Source: Candidatus Rokuibacteriota bacterium (GTDB lineage: Bacteria > Methylomirabilota > Methylomirabilia > Rokubacteriales > CSP1-6). From it: a DNA stretch of 64,000 bases. The notes beneath the pieces were generated by a model. The model searched no databases. It worked only from the letters and a program-made list of their open reading frames with translations, and was not told the DNA's origin. Shown in pieces: positions 39,787-48,968 of the stretch; the stretch's first letter is position 1, and each line of letters starts with the position of its first letter. A program made the position numbers and the translations under genes. The stretch is taken from the NCBI GenBank assembly GCA_016184125.1, contig JACPDG010000043.1, positions 15,882 through 79,881 of the forward strand, read 5' to 3'.

Positions 39787-41121
39787 TCAGCGCCGGGGCG
39801 GTCGCAGGACCAGCGTCGTCGGCCGCACGAGGTAGCGCTGCGCGACGCGCTGCACGTCAGCGGCGGTGACGTTCTCGACGGCCCGCCGATAGCGTTCGGG
39901 GAAGTCCGCGCCGGCGCCCGCCAGCGCGTAGTACGCGAGGTACCACGCCTGGCGCTCGTTCGTGCGGCGGTCCATCGCGTACCGGCCGAGCAGGTAGCCC
40001 TTCGCGCGCGCGAGCTCGTCGCCGACGCGCTCGGCGGTGATGCGCGCGATCTCGGCGGCCAGCGCCTGCTCCGCCCGCGCGGCGTTCTGCGGCGCGGTCC
40101 CGAGGTAGAGGATCAGCGCGCCCGGCTCGCGCATCGGGTCGTAGTACGCGCTGGCGGTGTACGCGAGACCGCGCTTGTCGCGGAGCTCGACGAAGAGCCG
40201 CCCCGCCATGCCACCGCCGAGGATCGTCGCGAGGACCTTGACGGGTGCGTGGTCGGCGTGATCCATCGCCGGAGCGATCGCTCCGACGAGGATCTGTGTC
40301 TGCTGGGCGGGTTGCTCGACCTCGACCCGGCGCCCGGACGCCGCAGGCGCGGGAATCGCGGGCTCCGTCATCGCCGCGTGCCGGGGCATCCCACCGAAGA
40401 GACGCCGCGCCTCGCTGAGGACCTCCGGCGCCGACACCTGGCCGCTGACCGCGAGCACCATCCGGTCCGGCCGGTAGAAGGCACGGTAGTGCGCGACCAC
40501 GGCGGCATGATCGAATCGCCGCAGCGACTCCGGGGTGCCGAGCGTCGGCAGGGCGTAGGGATGCGCACCGTAGAGCGCGGCGTACAGCTCGTCGAACGCC
40601 CGGGACGCGGCGTTGTCGCGGCGCCGCTGCACGCGACTCAGGATGAACCGCCGCTCGTCCTCCACGTCGTCCGGCGCGAGTTTCGGCTCGAGCGCCAGCT
40701 CGGCCGTCAGCCCGAGCAGGTCGCGCCAGAACCGCGCGAGCGCGGTGCCGCGGATCTCGGAGTAGTCGGTGTCGCCCGACGCCGACATCTTGCCGCCGAG
40801 GGCCGCGATCGTCTCCGCGATGGCGGCGCCGCTGCGCTTCCTCGTGCCCTTGACCATCACCGCGTGCACGAAGTTCGAGAGGCCCGCGGTCTCCGGACGC
40901 TCCCAGCGGGTCCCCATCGCGACGAGGAGCGAGACCGCGACCACGGGCGCGAGCGGATTCTCGCGCACGATGACCCTGAAGCCGTTCGGCAGGCGCTCGC
41001 GCTCCACGCGGCCGGCCTCGCGCGCATCGGCGCCACCTGCTGCGAGCGCGGCGACGATCAGCACCGCGACCAGCAGCATCGCGACCGCCGGCCTCGCGCG
41101 CGTGCCGCGGTGACGGATCAC
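39787..41121 (-). CDS. M16-family peptidase, non-catalytic subunit
   Basis: M16 fold (LSNFVHAVMVKGT) lacking the HxxEH zinc motif; signal peptide. ATGA overlap with the upstream active subunit. Confidence 0.8.
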   Translation of the reverse strand: MIRHRGTRARPAVAMLLVAVLIVAALAAGGADAREAGRVERERLPNGFRVIVRENPLAPVVAVSLLVAMGTRWERPETAGLSNFVHAVMVKGTRKRSGAAIAETIAALGGKMSASGDTDYSEIRGTALARFWRDLLGLTAELALEPKLAPDDVEDERRFILSRVQRRRDNAASRAFDELYAALYGAHPYALPTLGTPESLRRFDHAAVVAHYRAFYRPDRMVLAVSGQVSAPEVLSEARRLFGGMPRHAAMTEPAIPAPAASGRRVEVEQPAQQTQILVGAIAPAMDHADHAPVKVLATILGGGMAGRLFVELRDKRGLAYTASAYYDPMREPGALILYLGTAPQNAARAEQALAAEIARITAERVGDELARAKGYLLGRYAMDRRTNERQAWYLAYYALAGAGADFPERYRRAVENVTAADVQRVAQRYLVRPTTLVLRPPRR

Positions 41122-42485
41122 CGCGGACGCTCCGGCACGAACCGCACGCGCGCGTAACTGTCGTCGCCGAAGTACTTCCGCGCGGCGGCCTGGATCTCGC
41201 TCGCGGTCACCTCACGCAGCCTCGCGAGATACGCGAGCTCCTTCTCGAGCGACCACGCCGTCTCCGCCTGACCGTAGGACCTGGCGAGGCCTTCGGCCGT
41301 CTCGATGTCGAATGCGTAGCTCGACTCCGCCGTGACGATTGCACGCTGGCGCTCGGCCTCGGTCACGCCCTCGGCCGTCACGCGGCGGATCACGTCGAGG
41401 ATCGAGCGCTCCGCGGCCTCGATGTTCTTCGGCTCGAGCCGCGCCGTGACGGTCACGAGCCCGCCCTTCTCCCACGCGCCATAGCCGGACTCGATCGTGT
41501 ACACGAGCCGGTCACGCTCTCGCACCGCCTGGTTCAGGCGCGAGCTCGGAGAGTCGCCGAGGATGTACGTCAGCAGATCGACGGCGAAGAGGTCGTCGCC
41601 TCCGATCGGCGCGGCCTTCCAGCCGAGGCCGAGATACGCCTGCTGCTCGGGGCGGCGCACCTCCGCGCGCGGCGGCGTGGAGAATGGCGCGGCCACTGAC
41701 ACGGGCGGACGCGCGGCGCCGGCGCGAGGCAACCGGCCGAACGTCGCGTCCACCACGGGGCGCACGCGGTCCGGCGCGACGGCGCCGACGATCACCAGCG
41801 TCATGTGCGGCGGAACGTAGTGCTTCCTGTAGTAGCGAGCGAGCGCGGCGCGCGTGAGGGCCTGGATCCTGTCGCGGGTCCCCAGGATCGGCCGGCCGTA
41901 CGGGTGATCGGCGTAGGCCACCTCGTACAGCCGGCGGACGAGGAACTTCTCCGGATCGTCCTGGAGCAGGCGCATCTCCTCGAAGACGACCTGGCGCTCA
42001 CCGTCGATCTCCTCCTGGGGGAAGCTCGCGTTCACGCCGATGTCCGCGAGGAGCTCGACGCCCTCGCGCAGTCGCTCCGCGGGCAGGACGAGGTCGTAGT
42101 GCGTGTAGTCGTACGAGGTGAACGCGTTCGACGTGCCGCCGAAGCCTTCGATCATCCGGTCGATCGAGCCCGGCGGCCGCGTCGCCGTGCCCTTGAAGAG
42201 CATGTGCTCGAGGTAGTGCGAGAGCCCGAGCTCCTCGGGGGCTTCGTCACGCCCTCCGGCGCGGAGCCAGAGCTGGAGCGCGACGACGTCACTGGCCCGA
42301 TGCTCCTGCACGATGAGCACGACGCCGTTCGGGAGCACGTCGCGGCTGGGCGTCGGCACGACGGCCGTCGCACGACCGCCACCCGTCGCACACGCGCCGA
42401 GCGCGACCAGCGCCACGGCGAGCGTGACGATGCGCGACGCACGCAGCCAGGTGGGACGTGGGCGCACGGCGGGCTGGGCCGGCAT
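41118..42485 (-). CDS. M16-family zinc peptidase, catalytic subunit
   Basis: HYLEHMLFKGT (HxxEH) motif; signal peptide MPAQPAVRP...LAVALVALGACA. Confidence 0.85.
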   Translation of the reverse strand: MPAQPAVRPRPTWLRASRIVTLAVALVALGACATGGGRATAVVPTPSRDVLPNGVVLIVQEHRASDVVALQLWLRAGGRDEAPEELGLSHYLEHMLFKGTATRPPGSIDRMIEGFGGTSNAFTSYDYTHYDLVLPAERLREGVELLADIGVNASFPQEEIDGERQVVFEEMRLLQDDPEKFLVRRLYEVAYADHPYGRPILGTRDRIQALTRAALARYYRKHYVPPHMTLVIVGAVAPDRVRPVVDATFGRLPRAGAARPPVSVAAPFSTPPRAEVRRPEQQAYLGLGWKAAPIGGDDLFAVDLLTYILGDSPSSRLNQAVRERDRLVYTIESGYGAWEKGGLVTVTARLEPKNIEAAERSILDVIRRVTAEGVTEAERQRAIVTAESSYAFDIETAEGLARSYGQAETAWSLEKELAYLARLREVTASEIQAAARKYFGDDSYARVRFVPERPR

Positions 42486-42537
42486 GCGCCGTGAGCCTAG
42501 CAGATCTCGCGGCGACACGGAAGCCGTGCAGCTCAGC

Positions 42538-43383
42538 TCAGCGCCCCTGAACGAATCGCGCCCTCGAGGGCCGTCCCGGGTTCCGCGGGTGCGTCCGCGC
42601 ACCCCCCGGGACGGCTCCGAGCGCTGGGGGCCGGGGGAGTCCGAGGGGGGCGTCAGCCCCCTTCGTGCGATGGTCGGGGGCCATGTCGGGGCCCCCCATG
42701 ATCTCAGTTCGAGCGACAATCGACCGCCGCGGCGGTCGATTGTCGCTCGAACTCTCAGACGTCACCCCGGCCCGCGTCCCACGACGGCGCACGCGGAACG
42801 CGCGCACCGCGCCGGCCAGGCGCACGCCGAGCAGCACGGCGAGGATGGCCGCGTACACGTACGGCTCGATGCGCCCGACCTTGGCGAGCCACATGAAGTG
42901 CAGCACGCCCAGCACGGCCGCGACGTACACGATGCGGTGGAGCCGGCGCCATGCCCGCGCGCCGAGACGCTTCACCATCCCGGACGTCGACGTCGCGGCG
43001 AGGAGGACGAGCAGCGCGAGCGCCGAGACGCCGACCGTGATGTACGGCCGCTTCACGATGTCCGCGCCCATCTGCGCCCACGCGAAGAAGTGGTCGAGCA
43101 CGACCCAGACGAGGAAGTGCAGCGACACGTAGAAGAACGCGAACAGCCCGAGGAGGCGGCGGAGGATCAGCGGCCAGCCGATGCCGAGCACGAGACGCAG
43201 CGGTGTGAGGGCGAGGCTCGCGAGCAGCATCCGCATGCCCCAGCGACCCAGCGTGTCGGTGACGAAGTCGATGGGGTTCGCGGTCAGGTCGCCCGTCCAC
43301 GCGCGCCAGGCCAGCAGCGCGAGCGGTACCAGGCAAGCGCCCCAGACCAGGGTCTTCAGCAGGATTCGCCCGCGTCGCGTCAC
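42538..43383 (-). CDS. msrQ: MsrQ (heme-binding membrane subunit of the MsrPQ methionine sulfoxide reductase), with ~70-aa repeat-encoded C-terminal extension
   Basis: Six-TM ferric-reductase-like core (FFYVSLHFLVWVVLD...HRIVYVAAVLGVLHFMWL). The ORF stays open through B2 and A13 to a stop at 42538. Confidence 0.75.
   Translation of the reverse strand: MTRRGRILLKTLVWGACLVPLALLAWRAWTGDLTANPIDFVTDTLGRWGMRMLLASLALTPLRLVLGIGWPLILRRLLGLFAFFYVSLHFLVWVVLDHFFAWAQMGADIVKRPYITVGVSALALLVLLAATSTSGMVKRLGARAWRRLHRIVYVAAVLGVLHFMWLAKVGRIEPYVYAAILAVLLGVRLAGAVRAFRVRRRGTRAGVTSESSSDNRPPRRSIVARTEIMGGPDMAPDHRTKGADAPLGLPRPPALGAVPGGARTHPRNPGRPSRARFVQGR
42560..42702 (-). repeat. family A repeat-derived block A13 (two partial reverse copies including the GGGTGCGTCCGCGCACC module)
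   Basis: CCCGGGTTCCGCGGGTGCGTCCGCGCACCCCCCGGG...GGGGGCCATGTCGGGGCCCCCCATGATCTC. Confidence 0.65.
42707..42754. repeat. family B palindrome, copy B2
   Basis: AGTTCGAGCGACAATCGACCGCC-GC-GGCGGTCGATTGTCGCTCGAACT; carries a compensatory C-G change relative to B1 and B4. Confidence 0.8.
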
Positions 43384-43404
43384 GGCTCAGAGCCCGTAAA
43401 GCAA

Positions 43405-44379
43405 TCAGTAGTTCTTCTTGAGATCCATGCCTGCATAGAGCGAGGCCACCTGGTCCGCGTACCCGTTGAACATCAGCGTCTGCCGGCGGCGAAACTCGCC
43501 GATCCGCCGCTCCGTTGCCTGGCTCCACCGGGGGTGGTCCACCGACGGGTGCACGTTCGAGTAGAAGCCGTACTCCCGGGGTTGCGCCTTCGCCCACGCC
43601 GTCTGCGGCTGCTCGCTCACGAGCCGAATCCTGACGATCGACTTCGCGCTCTTGAAGCCGTACTTCCACGGCACCACGACGCGCACGGGCGCGCCGTTCT
43701 GATTCGGCAACACCTTGCCGTACATGCCGACGGTGAGCAGCGCCAGCGGGTGCATCGCCTCGTCGAGCCGGAGCCCCTCGACGTACGGCCAGTCGAGGCC
43801 CGACATGCTGAAGCCGAAGACCCCCTTCTTCTGCGCCGGGAACTGTTCCGGGTCGAGGAGCGTCTGGAACTCCACGAACTTCGCCTGGCCGGTCGGCGCC
43901 ACGCGCTTCAGGAGAGCGGACAGCGGGTAGCCGATCCACGGGATCACCATCGACCAGGCCTCGACGCAGCGGAGCGCGTACACGCGCTCCTCGAGCGGCG
44001 CCAGCCGGAGCAGCTCCTCGATGTCGAACGTCCCGGGCTTCGCGACGTGTCCCTCGACCACGACCTGCCAGGGCCGCGGCTTCAGCGTGCCGGCGAGCCG
44101 CGCGGGATCTTCCTTTTCGACGCCGAACTCGTAGAAGTTGTTGTACGTCGTCGCGGACTCGATCTTCGTCGGCGAATCGGCATGCCGGTACCTCGGGTTC
44201 GGCGCGGCCGGGAGGGCCGCGAGCTGCGACACGGGCGGCGGCGGACCGGCCTCCGCGCGCCCGGGGAACAGCGCGAGCGCGGCGGCGCCGGCGATCAGCT
44301 CGCGCCGGTTGAGATAGAGCCTCTCGTCCGTGACCTCCGACCATCGGAAGCGCGGCGCCTGGCGAATCAGCATCGACAA
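43405..44379 (-). CDS. msrP: MsrP (molybdopterin-dependent protein-methionine sulfoxide reductase catalytic subunit, YedY-like)
   Basis: Tat-type leader ([14 protein letters not shown]); sulfite-oxidase-fold Mo-binding core (YNNFYEFG...[14 protein letters not shown]). Confidence 0.9.
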   Translation of the reverse strand: MSMLIRQAPRFRWSEVTDERLYLNRRELIAGAAALALFPGRAEAGPPPPVSQLAALPAAPNPRYRHADSPTKIESATTYNNFYEFGVEKEDPARLAGTLKPRPWQVVVEGHVAKPGTFDIEELLRLAPLEERVYALRCVEAWSMVIPWIGYPLSALLKRVAPTGQAKFVEFQTLLDPEQFPAQKKGVFGFSMSGLDWPYVEGLRLDEAMHPLALLTVGMYGKVLPNQNGAPVRVVVPWKYGFKSAKSIVRIRLVSEQPQTAWAKAQPREYGFYSNVHPSVDHPRWSQATERRIGEFRRRQTLMFNGYADQVASLYAGMDLKKNY

Positions 44380-44402
44380 CCTCCTGCTCTCGTCAGCTTC
44401 TC

Positions 44403-44450
44403 AGTTCGAGCAACCATCGACCGCCGCGGCGGTCGATGGTTGCTCGAGTT
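44403..44450. repeat. family B palindrome, copy B3
   Basis: TTCGAGCAACCATCGACCGCC-GCG-GCGGTCGATGGTTGCTCGAG, with a compensatory CC-GG pair. Lies between the response-regulator stop and the msrP start. Confidence 0.75.
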
Positions 44451-44451
44451 C

Positions 44452-45129
44452 TCACACGGCGAAACGGTAGCCCTGCGCGTGGACCGTCTGGATCCACACG
44501 GGATGATCGGGATCGGTCTCGAGCTTCTTCCGGAGCCTGAGCACGTGCGTGTCGACCGTCCGGGTCGTCGGGAACCGCTCGTACCCCCACACCTCGTCGA
44601 GCAGGCGCTCGCGCGTCAGCACGTCGCCACGGTGCTCGACGAGGTGGACGAGGAGATCGAATTCCTTGCGCGTCATCGCGAGCTCGCGTCCCGCCTTGAA
44701 CACGCGGCGAGCGCGCCGGTGGATCCGCACGTCGCCGAACTCCAGGTCCTGCGACTTCTCGCGCGGACCCGGCCGGCGCAGGACGGCGCGCACCCGCGCC
44801 AGCAGCTCCCGCAGGGAGAACGGCTTCGTGACGTAGTCATCGGCGCCGAGCTCGAGGCCCAGCACCCGGTCCATCTCCTCGCCGCGCGCCGAGAGCATGA
44901 TGACGGGCACCTCGATGCCCTTCTTCCTGAGCTCCCGGCACACGTCCCAGCCGCTCATGACGGGCATCATGATGTCGAGGACGACGAGATCCGGCGCCGC
45001 GCTCGCCGCGAGCGCCAGGGCGTCGGCGCCGTTCGTCGCGGTCAGTGTCTCGTATCCCTCGAAGCGCAGATTGTCCTCGAGGCCCCGCACGATCTCCGGC
45101 TCGTCGTCGACGATGAGGATGCGTGGCAT
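44452..45129 (-). CDS. OmpR-family response regulator
   Basis: MPRILIVDDEPEIV...winged-helix C-terminus (YRFAV). Confidence 0.9.
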   Translation of the reverse strand: MPRILIVDDEPEIVRGLEDNLRFEGYETLTATNGADALALAASAAPDLVVLDIMMPVMSGWDVCRELRKKGIEVPVIMLSARGEEMDRVLGLELGADDYVTKPFSLRELLARVRAVLRRPGPREKSQDLEFGDVRIHRRARRVFKAGRELAMTRKEFDLLVHLVEHRGDVLTRERLLDEVWGYERFPTTRTVDTHVLRLRKKLETDPDHPVWIQTVHAQGYRFAV

Positions 45130-45133
45130 CCGG

Positions 45134-46696
45134 CTACCCGTCGGGCTCGGTGTCATCGGAGGCCGGCACGACCGGCGTCGCGGGGAGCCAGAGCGTGAAG
45201 CGGCTGCCGCGTCCCGGCTCGCTCTTCACGGTCACGCGCCCGCCGTGCGCCTCCGCGACGTGGCGGACCAGCGCCAGGCCGACGCCGCTGCCGCGCCGGC
45301 CCTGCGTGTCGCTGCGTCCCACGCGATAGAACTTCTCGAAGATCCGGGACTGCTCCGCCGGCGCGACGCCGATGCCCTCATCCTCCACGCCGATCGCGAG
45401 ATGGTCGCCGACGATCGCGGCCTCGACGTGCAGCACGCGCCGGTCGGCCGAGTACTTGATCGCGTTGTCCACGAGGTTCGCGAGCGCCTGGCGGACGGCG
45501 TCGGCGTCCATCGTCACCTCGCCGAGCTCGGCCGCGACGCGCACGTCGACCTTGAAGCCGCCCTGCGCCAGCGGGTACGCGAACGCCTCGACGGTCTCCC
45601 GGACGAGCGGCTCCACGACCGTGGGCGCCATGTCGTAGCGCCGCCGCCCGCCCTCGATGCGCGAGAAATCGAGCACGTTGTCGATCAGGCGGGACAGGCG
45701 CTCCGTCTCGCGCGTGATCACGCGATAGTACTCCTGGCGCTGGGTCTCGCTGGTGAGCCGGCCCATCTCGAGCGTCTCGCCGAACATGCGGATCACGGAC
45801 AGCGGCGTCTTGAGGTCGTGCGACACGTTCGCGACGAAGTCGGCCTTGAGGCGGGCCATCTCGGTCTCGCGCCGCATGAGCCGCCACGTCGCCGCGATGC
45901 CCGCGACGAGGATCGCCACGAGCACGCCGAACGCGGCCGTGAAGATCGTGACCTGCCGGCGGATCGCGTCGCGCGGCGACCGCCCGGGCTCGGCGTACAT
46001 CGCGACCCGCCAGCGCGGCAGCTCGTCGCCGAACGCGACCGTGGCCACGGGCTCGGCGCCGGTCACCGCCGTGCGCGCGTACACGGTGCGATCCCGGTGG
46101 TCGAGCACGGCGGCGATCGTCGGCGCTTCCAGCCCGCCGAGCGTCTTCGCGAGGACCTCGCGCCGGAGCGCCTCGACGTTGCGGAAAAGCCCCGCGAGCA
46201 CGGGTGCGCCGTCGCGGAGCCGGAGGACCGCGGCCACGAGCACCCGGTCCCCGACGATGATCTGGCGCCGGCCCCCGCGCTCCCACAGCGCGCTCGGCAC
46301 CTCGGCTCGCAGCGTGCCGAACACGCGGGCGTCGTCGTCCCGCCACGCCCCCGGGTAGAGCAGCGCGCCGCCACGGTCGCACACGTAGAGACGGTCGACG
46401 AGCGGCGAGCCGGCGACCAGCGCGTCGAGCGCGGCCGGGTCGCCGGCCGCGGCCCCCACATGCTGCGCGAGCTGCTGGAACAGGTCGTCCTCGGCGTGCC
46501 GCAGCATCATGACGACCTTCTCGGCCGCCATCGACGCCATGTCGCGCGCCTGCTCGCGAAAGAGCAGCTCCGCGGAGCGCTCCCACTGGCGGAGCGACAC
46601 GTACCCGAGCACCGCCACGATCGCGGCCGGGACGGCGATCGCGAGCAGCGCGAACGTCGAGAATCGCCCGAGCGACGCCGCCATGCGCAGGGTCAT
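45134..46696 (-). CDS. sensor histidine kinase with a periplasmic sensor domain
   Basis: Two TM helices flank a ~270-aa extracytoplasmic region; HisKA (ANVSHDLKTPL) plus HATPase_c. ATGA overlap with the upstream redoxin gene. Confidence 0.85.
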   Translation of the reverse strand: MTLRMAASLGRFSTFALLAIAVPAAIVAVLGYVSLRQWERSAELLFREQARDMASMAAEKVVMMLRHAEDDLFQQLAQHVGAAAGDPAALDALVAGSPLVDRLYVCDRGGALLYPGAWRDDDARVFGTLRAEVPSALWERGGRRQIIVGDRVLVAAVLRLRDGAPVLAGLFRNVEALRREVLAKTLGGLEAPTIAAVLDHRDRTVYARTAVTGAEPVATVAFGDELPRWRVAMYAEPGRSPRDAIRRQVTIFTAAFGVLVAILVAGIAATWRLMRRETEMARLKADFVANVSHDLKTPLSVIRMFGETLEMGRLTSETQRQEYYRVITRETERLSRLIDNVLDFSRIEGGRRRYDMAPTVVEPLVRETVEAFAYPLAQGGFKVDVRVAAELGEVTMDADAVRQALANLVDNAIKYSADRRVLHVEAAIVGDHLAIGVEDEGIGVAPAEQSRIFEKFYRVGRSDTQGRRGSGVGLALVRHVAEAHGGRVTVKSEPGRGSRFTLWLPATPVVPASDDTEPDG

Positions 46697-47217
46697 CCGG
46701 ACTCCGCGAGCAGCGTCGTGATCATCGCTTCGGTGTCGGCGTACGCGCCCTCGCCGACGTGCCGATACCGCACCACGCCCCGCTTGTCGACGAGGACGAG
46801 CGTCGGCCACGCCCAGACGCCGTAGCGCTTCCACACGGTGTGGTCGTTGTCCTGCAGCACCGGGTACGGGATCCCGAGCCGCTGGCGCGCGTCGGCGACC
46901 TTGTCCGCCGGCTTCTCCCAGAAGAACTCCGGCGTGTGCACCCCGATGATCGTCAGGCCTCGGCTCGTGTACCGCTCGTGCCAGCCCCGCAACTGCGGGA
47001 TCACGTTTCGACAGTTGATTCACCCGTATGTCCAGAACTCGAGCAGCACCACGCGCCCGCGCATCGCGGCGAGCGTCATGGGCGGCCCCCCGATCCATGG
47101 CCCGGCGGTCAGCTCGGGCGCGACGGCGCCCGGTCGAATCGTCTCTCCGCCGACCACGCCGGGACCGCTCGCGACCCACACGAGCCCGGCGACGGCGGCC
47201 ATCACGATCAGGCGCAT
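46693..47217 (-). CDS. secreted thioredoxin-fold redoxin (TlpA/AhpC-TSA-like) selenoprotein candidate; in-frame TGA at 47020-47022 gives a U-x-x-C redox motif
   Basis: Track ORFs 47020-47217 and 46693-47004 share one frame. Minus-strand read: ...RVVLLEFWTYG-TGA-INCRNVIPQLRGWHERYTSRGLTIIGVHTPEF... Signal peptide at the N-terminus. Confidence 0.7.
46986..46999 (-). promoter_or_regulatory. SECIS-like hairpin CCCGC-AGUU-GCGGG, 20 nt downstream of the UGA (possibly part of a larger CGUG...CACG structure)
   Basis: Short stem with G/U in the loop; weaker than the other two. Confidence 0.35.
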
Positions 47218-47366
47218 GGCCCCGCGCTCCGCTCACGCATCGTGTCGCTCCTGCCCCTCCGTGCGCCGAGTCGCCGCTGGTCGCGCCCGGCCAAGACGGC
47301 GCCTGCGCGAGCCGCGCATCAGGTCACGGTCGAGCAGCCGACGTCGCGCGATCGTCATTCGCCGGG

Positions 47367-48035
47367 TCATCCCGCCACGCCGCTCGTCGTCATCGCGCGC
47401 AGGTGTTCGACGAGCATGCGCAACCGATCCGGCGCGGTGCGCCGCAGCGCCTCGACCCGTGACGCGAGCGCGTCGGTCGTCCGAGCGAGATTCCTCGCCA
47501 CCGACTCCGGTGTGCCGAACGTCGCTCCGAGCGATCCCGGATCGACCCGGCTCGTGTAGGCGATGAGCGCGCCGTCGCCAAGCGGCGTGACTCGGAGCGC
47601 GCCCTCCAGCCGCCGCGCGTATCGAGCGGTCAGCAGCGCCCACCGCGCCACCCAGCCGCCGCTCTCGCGCGTAACCGTCAGGGTCACCGTGTAGCGCTCG
47701 TTCGGCCCGGCGATCTCGTACTCGTAGAAGACCCGGAACACGTCGGGCGCCTCGCGTCGGAGCACGCGGCTGACCACCAGGTCAGGAACCCACTCCCGCT
47801 GGCGGGCGACGTCGGCGTAGAGCGCCATGACCTCCGCCGGCGTCGCCGCCGTGCGCCGGTACGCGATGATCTCCGGCCATGGGAAGCCGGGCACCGCCCG
47901 GCGCTCGATCACCGTCTCGCCTCGTTCGACCCGGTGCCGGACGTCGGCGTCGAGCATCGCGTCGGTGTCGGCGCTCGACGCGCCCGCACCCGTCGCCATG
48001 ACGGCGACGAGCGCGAGCGCAGCGAGCGCGTGGTG
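47367..48035 (-). CDS. SRPBCC-superfamily (polyketide cyclase/START-like) protein
   Basis: ...FPWPEIIAYRRTAATPAEVMALYADVARQREWVPDLVVSRVL...YEYEIAGPNERYTVTLTV... Start uncertain (TTG at 48033 or an internal ATG). Confidence 0.55.
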   Translation of the reverse strand, partial: HHALAALALVAVMATGAGASSADTDAMLDADVRHRVERGETVIERRAVPGFPWPEIIAYRRTAATPAEVMALYADVARQREWVPDLVVSRVLRREAPDVFRVFYEYEIAGPNERYTVTLTVTRESGGWVARWALLTARYARRLEGALRVTPLGDGALIAYTSRVDPGSLGATFGTPESVARNLARTTDALASRVEALRRTAPDRLRMLVEHLRAMTTSGVAG

Positions 48036-48048
48036 GAGCAAGACGGCC

Positions 48049-48579
48049 TCAGCTCGCGAATCCCTGCGGGGCGAGCTGGAACGCCTTCGCGAACTTGCTC
48101 GCGAAGGTCTGGTACCCCACGATGAACGTGAGCTCGAGGATCTCCGCCTCCGAGAAGTGCTCGCGGACCCTCGCGTAGCACGCGTCCGACACGTCGCGGT
48201 CGTCCCGCACGATCTCGGTCGCGAACGACAGGGCCGCCCGCTCGCGCTCGGCGAACGCCTCGCTCGTCTCGAACGCGTCGAGCGCGGCGAGCTTCTCGAC
48301 CGGGACACCGGCCTTCACGCCGACGGCGTGACGGATGTCCATTCAGTACGCGGCCCGGTAGAGGCTCGCGACGTGCAGCTGGAGCATCGCGCGGAGCTCG
48401 CGGTCGATCCTGCCGAACCACTCGATCGAGCCCCAGAGCCCGCCGATGCCGAGCATCAGCGGCACGCGGTGGGCCATGATCTTCTCGGGTGTCGGCACGG
48501 CGCCGAAGAGCCGCTCGCCCACCCTGTAGAACGCCCTCACGGCCAGGCCCGGTCGGTCGATCTCGGAGATGCGCTGCAT
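48049..48579 (-). CDS. AhpD-like / carboxymuconolactone decarboxylase (CMD) family selenoprotein candidate; in-frame TGA at 48343-48345
   Basis: Track ORFs 48343-48579 and 48049-48342 are contiguous in one frame. Read: ...LHVASLYRAAY-TGA-MDIRHAVG... aligns with the CMD redox motif (second Cys of CxxC replaced by U, His four residues downstream). C-terminal FSEAEILELTFIVGYQTF is typical of the CMD family. Confidence 0.7.
48316..48330 (-). promoter_or_regulatory. SECIS-like hairpin CACGCC-GUC-GGCGUG, 12 nt downstream of the UGA
   Basis: Perfect 6-bp stem, GUC loop. Confidence 0.45.
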
Positions 48580-48589
48580 GCTGGACCTC

Positions 48590-48805
48590 CTATTTCTTGT
48601 CCATGCCGCCCTTGTCCATCATCGCCTTGTCCTTCTCCATCGTGGTCTTGTCGCCCGGCATCATCCCCTTCTCGCCCTTCATGGTCCCCGCGTCGGACTT
48701 CATCTCCTTCTGCATCATGGCCTCGCCAGACATCGTGCCAGCACATCCGCCGACCGCAACCGCCAGCGCGACACCCGCCACCGCTGCCGTCCATCGCTTC
48801 GTCAT
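48590..48805 (-). CDS. small Met/Lys-rich lipoprotein (71 aa)
   Basis: MTKRWTAAVAGVALAVAVGGC lipobox, then M-x-K/G-rich repeats (EAMMQKEMKSDAGTMKGEKGMMPGDKTTMEKDKAMMDKGGMDKK). Confidence 0.45.
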   Translation of the reverse strand: MTKRWTAAVAGVALAVAVGGCAGTMSGEAMMQKEMKSDAGTMKGEKGMMPGDKTTMEKDKAMMDKGGMDKK

Positions 48806-48968
48806 CGCGTGTCCCTCCGGTTCGTTCGTTTGGACGCCACGGGCGGGTCCGAAGATCCGCCGGCATCGCAGACGAGTGTGCCGGCGCACGCGAGCGGTCG
48901 TGTCACGGCCGTGTGAACTGTTTGTGACGGTTGCTGGAAGTGACGGGGAAGAGGGATCCGGCGTGCGG

